Source: Girardia tigrina (taxonomy: Eukaryota). From it: a stretch of 64,000 nucleotides of DNA. How positions within the stretch are numbered: the first letter of the stretch is position 1; each line of letters opens with the position of its first letter. Of the stretch, positions 53,880 through 64,000 are shown one piece after another. The DNA lies in contig MQRK01176000.1 of NCBI GenBank assembly GCA_001938485.1, positions 11,350 through 75,349 on the forward strand, in the 5' to 3' direction. The position numbers and the translations under genes were made by a program. The notes beneath the pieces are model-generated. The model searched no databases. It was given only the letters and a program-made list of their open reading frames with translations, and was not told the DNA's origin.

Positions 53880-54870
53880 TCCTTTATGGAGAATGCTGGC
53901 TTCGTTTAACAAGTTAGTGTCAATGTTAATGGAAAATTTGTATGTTGATGCAGATTAATGAGACACAAATTCGTACGTGGTCCTTTAAGTTGTCCAAAAC
54001 TAGAAAAGTATAAGTTTAGGGTTCCTTTCAGGTTTTTGACAGGTTTTCAATATTCTGCTTTCTAGTGTGCATTTTTAATAGACATTCTTTTTCAACCAGG
54101 TTTAAGGAGTCACACCAGCCCTCAAGGAAGGTGGTAGACACAAATTGTTATTGCAGAAATCGAATATTATGGTAGTACAAACGTTTCCGGGAATGCCTCA
54201 TAAAATATCTTACAAACACGACAAATGACAAACAAATGAACGTTAACTTTCAAAGTAAAGACATCATTTTCTATTGTTTAGACCAATCTCTTGTCAACTG
54301 TTTGATCTCATGGCGATACTATTTCTATAATTTTGAGCCAAAAACCTGGTTGTATCATATTTCAATTTTTATGAACTGATATCCTCTTGATAGGGAGCCA
54401 TCGACTAGAACAAATAATTGTCAGAAAGTGAGAGGTTCGAACTACATATTATGGCCAGTAGGGTATATATATATATACCCTACTGGCCATAATATTACAG
54501 GGTTTTAGAAAAACTATTATTTTGGTGAAATACAGATAAAAACTCGCATTTGGTGTTATAATATTTGCACAAAATAGTGGGTATACATTAATAAACAACA
54601 ATTAAAACTTAAAACCTTTAACATGTTAATATTTGTTGGACCACCTTTGGCAGCAATCACAGCCGCTAAGCGATTTGACATGGAATTCAGCAATGCCAGA
54701 TAATACTCATGTGTGATTTTGATGTACCATACTTCAGGGATTTTTTTTCAAATCGTTCCTAGATCTCGGTCACAAAACAGATACCTTCTTTTTAAGTATC
54801 GCCCAGCAGTTCTCTATAGGATTCAGGTCAGGTGAACTGCCAGGTCAGGGGCCAAGTACCTCCACCTGGT
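53880..54870 (-). mobile_element. Two adjacent Tc1 remnants joined at a (TA)n tract
   Basis: TIR ccctactggccataata on both sides of the (TA)n at ~54466-54477; PGSSPDLNPIENCW..SMSNRLAAVIAAKGGPT in the right copy. Confidence 0.75.
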
Positions 54871-54935
54871 TTTGTTGTAGCCATTGCTGCTGGGATTGCT
54901 TTTTTTTTGTTAAAGCTTTTTATAATAAATCGATT

Positions 54936-54974
54936 ACGGTACATGTTTCGGAATATTCTCCATCATCAGCTATT
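54936..54974 (-). ncRNA. Minimal type I hammerhead ribozyme in a probable solo Penelope pLTR
   Basis: Minus strand reads CTGATGA-T-GGAG aata TTCC-GAAAC-AT-GTA; intact core with palindromic ACATGT stem III, stem I weak. Confidence 0.7.
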
Positions 54975-56130
54975 TTTTATTATTTTAATGTTTCAATTGT
55001 ATAAGGTTATTTAAAAAGGTATAAAAATTTTATACATTTTATACATTTAAGATATTATTCGATAATAATGGCAAAATGTTAAAAAATATTAATGAAAGAT
55101 TTTACGACTTGAAACGGCTTTTCTTTGTACATAATATATATATATATATATATATAATTTTAGGGGGCGTAGGTAGGTTAAAAGAGGATACGAAACACTA
55201 TTTTAGAGATTTTAGGAATAACTTTCATTTTCCAAATAACAAATCCAGGAGTGTATTTGTAATGAGGATGGAACTACAATTCTCAAAAGGAAGTGGATTA
55301 GCAAGGAGACTTGTAAATTTTGTTACCACAATTTAAAAGTAATGAAGGAACAGAATTGCTTGTAAATATTTTCTTTAAAAATATTCTTTTTTTGATGTTT
55401 TGTGCAAATCTATATAACGAACAAATATATTTCTCTCAATTATTAAGTAATTAATAATTAATTAATTAATTAATTACACCCTGAAAAATTCAACGAAGAT
55501 AAAATTTATTAACGTTTTCTTTTTTTTAAGAAAAAAAATTTAATTAACAATTTCAATTAACATATTATTTTTGAATTGTGGGATAATTAGAATTACTTTT
55601 TATTTCCTTTTTATATTAGTTCAATGTGAATGTTTTGTTCCGTAATTCTCGAATTCTTTTCTGTCTTTAAATGAAAGTTTATTTAAAAAATGCGTACAGT
55701 TTCTCGAAAAGCAAATTTTTTTAACATAAAATAATTAATATTTTTAATTATTAAATCCTTTATTATTTCATATCTCTGGCCGGGAGTCGAGCTATAATAA
55801 CTTTTGTTACAAAGACGAAGGAAAGTATTAAGTATGACAATATTTTATAATATTATTATGTTATTGTATTTCACGATTTTATATTCCAACCGGTCTTTGA
55901 TATTTATTTTAAATGATTTATTAAGTTTTTCCTGTTTTTCATAATATTTATATGAATATAATGAAGTCATACCCCAAATTTTATAATGAAGGTTTTTTTG
56001 ATAATAAAATCCAGGGGAGATTTTTTAGTAAAATCTCCTCGATTTTCTTCTCTCCTTCAATTATTGTAATTTTAGTCTTCACATTTTTTTTACTTTTACT
56101 TAAAAAGGAACAGTATACTTCAATTTTTTT

Positions 56131-56434
56131 CTACCGTAGCTGTTGGGCCGTGGGTGCACTCAAATATGTACAAGGCTTAGGTTCGCATATTTTTGAGTGT
56201 CTCAGTAGGCAAGTAACCTGGTGCTGCCTATCTCCTCTCGAGGTATGGATGGCCGTTGGAGCTCATTCACCCTTCACTATGTTTTGTTTTTCATCCTGCT
56301 AGGTGTCCTCACACCCTCTTTACTCATTTTGTTCTGGGTGAGGGAGCCGGTTTAGTCGCCAACCATTCGACCATGAGACAGGTATTACAGGTTTACATGG
56401 TACCTGTAGCAGACAGCTTGCGCGACCTGACCTG
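56131..56434 (-). repeat. Intact copy of an unclassified ~300-bp structured SINE-like element
   Basis: TSD tacttca(a)ttttt, minus-strand A tail, homology to 8050..10181, multiple hairpins. Confidence 0.8.
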
Positions 56435-57826
56435 TACTTCATTTTTAGTAAATAAGAAAAGACTTCGATGCAGGGAAAAACATTCACAGATAAAATTTGA
56501 AAATTTTATGAAACCCACTTTAACTAAAATATTATAAAATATATTATTTTGAACTATTATTTATACACGTCGACTTTTTCATTTAACTAAATCGTCTTTG
56601 TCGCAAGGGGTTTGATAAAATATAATAAATTTTCGGAACTTTTCTCTATTAAGAACTTTTACTCAATTGCAAATTTAAAAATTATATTTTGAACACGAGT
56701 TTTTTTTGCTTGAATCACAAAATTATAGAACTGATATTAATCTGTATTTTTCTCGGTCTTCCTCGCATTAAGTTTGTTTTGCGCTATTAATTTTGTTATG
56801 TACGTTATTCTTTTCCTAGTGACCCCTTTAAAGTTCTTTTTCCTAAAAGAGCAATTGCTCGTTTATTGTTTTGGAAATACCTGACAGACTTTGAGTATAT
56901 TATATTCATACTAAATTGTCTTGATGTTTAAATAAAATGTTATTAAATCTTTAATCCATATGTTGATTAATTCAGGGAGACTTGACGGTTTACGGGAAAA
57001 TGGAATTTTCAAGTATCTAACAAAATAATTCGGAGATCTGCATCAGTACAGAATGACAGAACTTCCCATTGACACTGACATTTAATTCCGAAGAAACATG
57101 ATATAGCTAATATAAAACCAATTAACAGAATTAAGTGTTTTCCCCACAATGTTGAAACAGAAAAATTCTTTAATGAAGGTGTACTCAACATATAAACCTC
57201 GCCTTGGACAATTGATTTTAAGTTCAACCCTTCAATAATGGACACGACAAGTACAAAGGTTGATATTCTGGACATTATTGTAACTTCCGAGAGACACTGT
57301 TGACTAAAGATATCAAAGAAACATTCTTTAAAATATTTGTATATAATACTTGTAATACTTATTCATTAAAGTGTTTTTGTGCATAACCGGTAGTGATTAA
57401 AAATATCATTTACTTTTTTTAAAATATTTAATGAACATTAAATGTTTATAAACTGATTTATTAATAAGATGAAGTTGGACTAACCGGCAGAAGTTCGCTT
57501 TATGTATATTTCTTGATATAAAATGGAGAGGAACATTAGAGATTCTGAAGAGATTCAGAGTTTGAGAATCTTCTAGTTTTAATAAAAAATCTATTGCCTT
57601 TTTTCGTACTTTTAACAAATTGCCTTTTGAGATCTTCTTAGATCTATTCCAACTTATTCTTTTATTTTACTGGTCATTCTTAAAGGTCTAGGTTATACTC
57701 CGAGAAGCCAAATAAAGTTTCTTCTGAAATAAATAAATATTAATATTTGTTTAATTTAATTTTTAAATTTTGTTCAAATTGTAAACTGAAACCCATAAAG
57801 AAAGTGATCATTCAGATTATATATTA

Positions 57827-59094
57827 CTGGTTGTTCGGAAAGTCATTTTATTTTTTTAATGTATGTTTAAATGTATTTTTTTATATTAATAATCATTGGT
57901 CATATTATTTATTTTAGCAGTTGGTAATCAAGATTAGATTTGGAAAATTTTGGAATAATTAAAAACATTTATATTTGATTTTTGATCTATCAAATATGGA
58001 AAGCAAGAATCAACATTTACGGCATGTATTACTTTTTTACTTCCGAAAAGGTAAAAATGCTGCATAAGCAAGAAGAAAATTATGTGAAGTGTATGAAGAA
58101 GATGTGTTGACAGAACGCCAATGCCAAAACTGGTTTAAAAAATTTAGATCCGGAAATTTTGATGTTGAAGATTCTTCACGTTCCGGAAGGCCCATTGAGG
58201 CCGACTAAGACATAATAAAGACATTAATTGATTCAACCCGGCAAATAACAACTCACGAAATTGCCCACACATTACATTTATCTAATTCGACCGTCCATGA
58301 TCATTTGAAGCGCCTAGATTTTTACATCAAAACTCGACACATGGATTCCTCATAATCTTACGGAACGAAATTTATGCTATCGTTTAGACATCTGCGATAT
58401 GCTTCTCAAACATCAAGAAAATGATCCATTTTGGAAGCGCATCGTCACTGGAGATGAGAAATGGGTAGTCTACAATAATGTAAAACGCAAGAGATCTTGG
58501 AGTAAAAAAGATCAACCTGCTCAAAGCACTTCGAAAGCTGACATTCATTAAAAAAAGTGATGCTATCTGTTTGGTGGGATTTCAAAGGAATCGTATTTTA
58601 TGAGCTACTTCCGGACAAAACTACGATCAATTTGGACGTCTACTGTCATGAGCTGCACAAATTAAATGAGTCCCTTAAACACAAAAGGCTAGAATTGATC
58701 AATAGAAAAGGTGTAGTGTTTCACCAAGATAATGCCAGATCTCATACAAGTTTGGTAACTTGCCAAAAGCTTTTACAGCTTGGATGGAATATCATGCCTC
58801 ACTCACCATATTCTCCAGACCTCGCACCTTCTGATTATCATTTGTTCCGGTCTCTACAAAATTATTTTGATGGAAACACTTTTGGATCAAATGAAAATGT
58901 TAAAAATCACCTGGAAAGGTTTTTTAGCAGCAAAGAACACATTTTATGAACGTGGAATCATGCCACTGCCAGGAAGATGGAAGAAGGTATTGAACCACAA
59001 TGGTCAATATGTATTTCAATAAAATATTTATTCGTCACAAAAATTTGTCTTTTACTTTAATACAAAAAACGAAATTACTATCCGAACAACCCAA
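57827..59094 (+). mobile_element. Full-length mariner (DD34D), transposase 57996..59022 disrupted
   Basis: TIRs ggttgttcgga / tccgaacaacc with TA; VTGDEKW, HQDNARSH and YSPDLAPSD; stops and frameshifts. Confidence 0.92.
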
Positions 59095-59536
59095 TACAAA
59101 GACGTTTATTAAATCTTATACAAATACAAAAACTAAAAGTCAAATGGATCAATGGACCAAGAGATTCTATTAATGTCAATTTGGGTAACCGAGGATTAAC
59201 ATAATTAAACTTTGGCCATTGCTGTTTAACTTGTGTCAACCTTTTACTTTGAAAATCATTGAAATTAGTACCTAAAATAAATAAAACTAAATTCATTTAA
59301 CCAAAAAATCTATCCCAATGTTACGTCGTCTTTACATTAATCAAACTAATTTGAACTTCTAACATTTAAACGGATCCGATTTACTCTTTTCTTAAAATAA
59401 AATACTTTCATAAGATTGAACGAACCACTTTGTACGTTTGTTTATGATCGAGGATCTTTCTATAACTTGTGACTAAATAATTCTCGAATGTTGTAATAAT
59501 GCTTCACACACGGTTTTATTATATGGACAAATTTAA

Positions 59537-59680
59537 CCCTTCAGTATCCATGCTATTAAAGCCAACATAAATGTCAATGCTAAGTCCTCTTAGTATCCCA
59601 CTTAATTCGAGTAGTTTAATGATAAATTTGAATATATTGTCAAAGAAACATGAATTTATATTATATACATAATTGATATA

Positions 59681-59725
<45 letters not shown>

Positions 59726-60152
59726 GTGTGACGGTTGCAATGGGCGTGGCCAATTTTATAGTTCTAACTGTAACAGGTTTATGCTCCATAAAATGTCTTC
59801 AAACTAGCCAATGCCATATTTCATATTGAATAATAAAAAAATATTAATACTAATTAATGTTTAATTATTTCATTCATGACATTTACACAGAACAAATCGT
59901 TTTATATTATTTAATTTTGAAAAAATAATTAATAGTTTGAATTTTACCGGGTACAAAGTAAACCCTGTACCAGGCGACAAAGGTTAATTTGATAAACACT
60001 TGGTGACAATTCACAATATTCTGAGAAATAAAATACTTAAACATGTAACTAGAAATAGTTAGTAGCAATGTTACCAAAATGTACAAATAAACAAGTTATT
60101 ACAAAAATGTATTTCTGGGGTCCTTAAGAGATCCTGGATGGGCATTTAAGGG
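59537..60152. mobile_element. Possible piggyBac-type MITE
   Basis: TTAA-CCCTT...AAGGG-TTAA ends with imperfect TIR similarity. Confidence 0.4.
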
Positions 60153-61564
60153 TTAAACACATATCAAAAACATATCAAAGTTAATAAAATGTGATGTGTT
60201 AGGTTTCAGAGATTAGGTTTACAACTTTGTTTTTTGATTTACTAAAGACTTGAAATCAAGGATAGATTGTATTTTAAGTTTAATTTTGAATCGAATACCT
60301 TAATAAGATTTGAATGCATGGTTTCTTTCGATGGCTCTAGTTGATGATTTATGTTTGAAATGTAATTGAGCATACAAAAGTTTATTCTATGGCCTTTATG
60401 TGAACAATGTTTTTCATTTTCAGGCATATGTTTTTACATACAAGTACCTCCGTTTGCACAGTTAATGCAATGTATATCAATCATCAACCTTTCCTTCCAC
60501 TATACGTATTATGTTCTTGATTCATGCAAGAGATTGTTGCAATACTGAGCACCGTGTGTGGTTATTAACTTTTTATTGAATATTTGTTCTCTGTAAAATC
60601 GAATAAAGTAAATTGCGGCTGTGGACTTTTAACTCAACTATTGAAGGGTCTTCAGTGTGAAAATAGAGTTCAAATCTTCAACTTGTATATCTCTGAAACA
60701 CGAATTAATCCCTCCCCGAAATAGTTCCTCTGAAATAGTTTACAAATAAAACATTTCGTTTATTTATTTATTTTATTTTTTATTTCGTTATTTCGTTTAA
60801 TTTTTCCTAATATGTCGAATTATTCGCTGCCTCCTATATTTTTCGGAAAAACTTTGCTAAAAATGATCTCTCATGGACGATCAATTCGAGTTTAAGAGTA
60901 TTCGCAAAATCATTTGAAAAAAAACTATACATAATCTTTTATAAAATAAGAACAAGAAAATGCCGAAAAATTAAAAAAGTATAACTTTGAATTTGAAAAA
61001 GAATGAGATGCTCTAATTAAATTTATTTTTTTATATTTTTTAATATATATTTTTAGTCATTTAAAGATTTTCAAGCGGGAAATTCGTAAAAATGTTTTGT
61101 CGGTTAGTTTGATTTGGCGGCTTGTTGACTTTTCGATAAAAGAAAATAAAAATTAATTGTTGGATTATTTACATAAAATTATGATTGTAATTTTTTAATT
61201 ATTAATTCAAGAAAATTGAAAATTTAAAAATTCAAATATTAAGAATAAATTATTAAAATTTCTTTTAAAAATTATTTTCCAAAAATATTTTTTTTATAAT
61301 TTTCCAAATCTTTTTTTTGTAAAATAAACCCAAAACAAATGAAATAATTATTTATATTATTTATTTTTTTTAAATTAAATTGTAAAAAATTTATTAAATA
61401 TAAATAATTTTCAAATATATTTTTGTTTATAAAGAACACTTTCAAAAGTATTTTTAATTATTAAAATTAACAATTTTTATTAATAAATCAGCGTTGAATG
61501 GAATAATTATATATTATTGAATCAAAAAAACACTGTACAATTAGTATTTATTTTGGTTCTTTAG

Positions 61565-63031
61565 TCAACTCATCACGTAACTCGGTATGGATAATATTTT
61601 TGAACTGGGATTTTGGGATGTATTGTGATCTAGGGGGGCCGAAGAATCACTGGGAGAGTGATTTGAATCTGAATTTGATAAGTTTCTCAATAATTTCCAA
61701 CTATCATTTTCTGATAAGCAGGATTTTTGTTTTCTTAGGCAAGTTTCCGAGGAGGAAATAATAAAATTTGGTGATGATATCGAAACGTTTGAATGATGAT
61801 TTGGAGATAGGGCGGCTAATGATCGAAAGGAATTCAGATCATGTCTTTTATCATGATGAGTTGAAGTGTTGGGATTCTTCTTGTAAGGATTCACTGCTGG
61901 TAAATGACTTTTGTCAAAGTGTCGACCGAGATCCCATTTCCATTTATAAGTGAGACCACAAATTATACATTGATGTGGACGTTCTTTGGAATGAACCATA
62001 ATATGTTTCTGAAGTTCAGTTGGCCATTTGGCGAAATATTCACAATGAGGGCACTGATATCCGGTGGTTTCGATTTCCCCTTGCTTTACGACAGCTTCTA
62101 ATTCCTGAAATACGAATTATTAATAAATAATTTAAGTGTATAATAATCTTGATTACTTGCATACAAATCTCTTCTACTGCGTGTGATTTCCACGATTTTG
62201 CTAACTCTAGCTCTTTTATCAAACATAATTCGTGTTCATTTAAAAAATGAGTATTCAAATCTATTAAGGATGCAAAGGATGTTGAGCATTGAAGACAACT
62301 TGTGACAGGTTGCTTTCCTCCTCCACTGGTTCTTCTCGATGACTTGGATCCGGTTATACTATTAAGCATTCTTGATGTCTTATTTTTATAGTTGTTTATT
62401 GAGGTTTTCGAAAGAGTTGGTGATATAATATTACTCGGTGGTGAGGAATTGTTTCCGGTTCTTTCATACATCGAATGAAGAACATTAAGATGATGATGAT
62501 TTTGTAATAAAGGCGGAAGAAATGCAGGATATCCATTATGATTATTTGGAAAATTTTCGAATGGGTTTTGAAATGGAAATCTTCGAGTACCTTCAACTTT
62601 GGTGAACATTTGCATAGCTAAATCAAAATGTAAAGGGGTTTTTAATTTCTTGGTCGATAAATCTACGGGTGTTTCTTGGTCTTTTTTCTCATCATTTGAT
62701 CGTTGATTTAAAATAGTTCGAGCTACATAAAGGTTGAGATTCATTAAATTCGCCAATGAAGAATAAAAATTTGAAAACCCATTTCTTCTGGCTAGTAAAT
62801 GGAACGCCAGATCTATTGGTGGTAGAACTGTTGGAAAGGAAAGAGACCAATTTGAAGATTGTTGTAAGAATTTCTAGAACAAACAAAAAACAATCAAATA
62901 GTAAAAATTACCTTTCGTTTGAAGTATGAAAAAACAGAAAACAATGAAATAAAAGTTACTTTATTCTGTTGAAACGAATAGCTTTTAATTTTCGGGTCGC
63001 TAGCTTCAAACTTGAAAGGACTGTATTGCAT
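61565..63031 (-). CDS. zfp-1: Flatworm ZFP-1-family C2H2 zinc-finger transcription factor; exons 63031..62960, 62873..62157 and 62104..61565 (~442 aa)
   Basis: Isolated finger CLQC..H..H, ~40-aa linker, then tandem fingers CPHCEYFAKWPTELQKHIMVH-SKERPH-QCIICGLTYKWKWDLGRHFDKSH. A 52-nt phase-0 GT-AG intron (62156..62105) joins the two ORFs in frame. PVDLS motif present. The zfp-1 versus zfp-1-1 subgroup and the first coding exon are less certain. Confidence 0.8.
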
Positions 63032-63450
63032 GGCGATGTCAACTGAGCTCTAATGGGGAAACAACGATTATTTTGTTTTTAAAGAGACACTTTCATTCAA
63101 AACCAAAACGAAAACTCGTTTCAATCTTTGTTTTCAATGTTAGAAGAATGGAGAAAAGAGAAGATTAAGAGTAATTATAGGAGGAAAAATAATCGAAAAC
63201 TAATTTCAATTTCAGAAAGTCTGTTTTATTCTCCTGAATCAGAAAAATCAAATAGAAAAAAAAATAAATGAAGAAATAATTAATTGAAAGAAACTTTTAT
63301 CAAACCCACAAAAGTCTAATTATTGACTGCAAATGAGTTTCCCTCAACAGGAAATATACATACTAACGAAGATTGTTTGATACAATTTACAACAGGAAAC
63401 GAGAGAAATGAAAAACGACTTCAAGTCAAAGACATTTCAATGAGATATAC

Positions 63451-63630
63451 CTTTTTAGTTTGGGGTTGTTACCAATTAATAAAGGGATAATGCTTCCGTT
63501 CTTGTGCTGAGGTTGCGAAAGTTAATTTGTTGAAATTAATGTGTTGCTTTCTCCTAGCGCAGTTATCCACTACAGAATTTCAGATTCGTAATGAGAATTT
63601 GCTCAAATCACCAGGTCGCTTTTATATACC
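63451..63630 (-). promoter_or_regulatory. Candidate core promoter and non-coding first exon of the zinc-finger gene
   Basis: Minus-strand TATATAAAAG at 63628..63619, TCATT Inr-like motif at ~63592, ATG-free segment ending in donor AAG|GTATAT at 63451/63450, TE-free GC-richer region upstream. Confidence 0.5.
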
Positions 63631-64000
63631 GATCACTTCTCTGACGATAATGGCTCGCAATTCTCTTTACTCTGCTGATGCAGCAATGCTGTGATTTGTC
63701 GAAGCAGTCCCCGTTCACCTGACTGGCAAGAGCAGAGCAGAACGTCCCAACCAAACCCGCGAAATTTCAGCAGTAGCGTATATTGGATAATCGTCCTGAC
63801 ACTTTGCTTTTAATAGTCAGTGTGTTCTTATCCTCCTGCTGACTGTCGTTTGTATGTAGCATATTTTGTGGATAATCGAATATGGACTGGGGAAAGAGAT
63901 GTAGCCAGCATCAGTGTATGCGACTTCCCAACGAAAGAATACGACGATTCTTCACTAATTCGTTGAGGGGTTCAAAAAAATTTTGTTTTTTTATTTATTT

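Noticed and set aside
54448-54495. Perfect ~48-bp palindrome suggesting a miRNA or terminator hairpin
   Set aside because: Explained by two Tc1 TIRs facing each other across a (TA)n tract
56225-56270. HDV-like ribozyme core (atc-tcctc..ggt) in the SINE-like element
   Set aside because: P1, P2 and J4/2 could not be assembled consistently in both copies

Overview
AT-rich eukaryotic genomic DNA with several N gaps. It is most likely from a triclad planarian, inferred from a flatworm zfp-1-family gene and short AT-rich introns. Most of the window is a transposon graveyard: several mariner families, a DD37E element, Tc1, pogo/Tigger, MULE (one with an intact 448-aa ORF), hAT, piggyBac, a Helentron-type HINE, RLE-type LINEs, Gypsy remnants, solo LTRs and Penelope remnants. 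Four Penelope-type minimal hammerhead ribozyme motifs are present. Several multi-level nested insertions have readable TSDs. Host-like sequence comprises (i) a spliced C2H2 zinc-finger gene of the flatworm zfp-1 family at the right end (minus strand, about 442 aa, CtBP-type motifs, candidate TATA and 5'UTR exon), (ii) an intact terminal exon of a divergent PCIF1/CAPAM-like N6-adenosine methyltransferase (DPPF motif) near the left end, and (iii) an alpha-tubulin pseudogene fragment. The most novel-looking items are the atypical PCIF1-like exon, an unclassified structured ~300-bp retroposed element present twice, and the hammerhead set. All family assignments rest on recalled motifs; no database searches were run.
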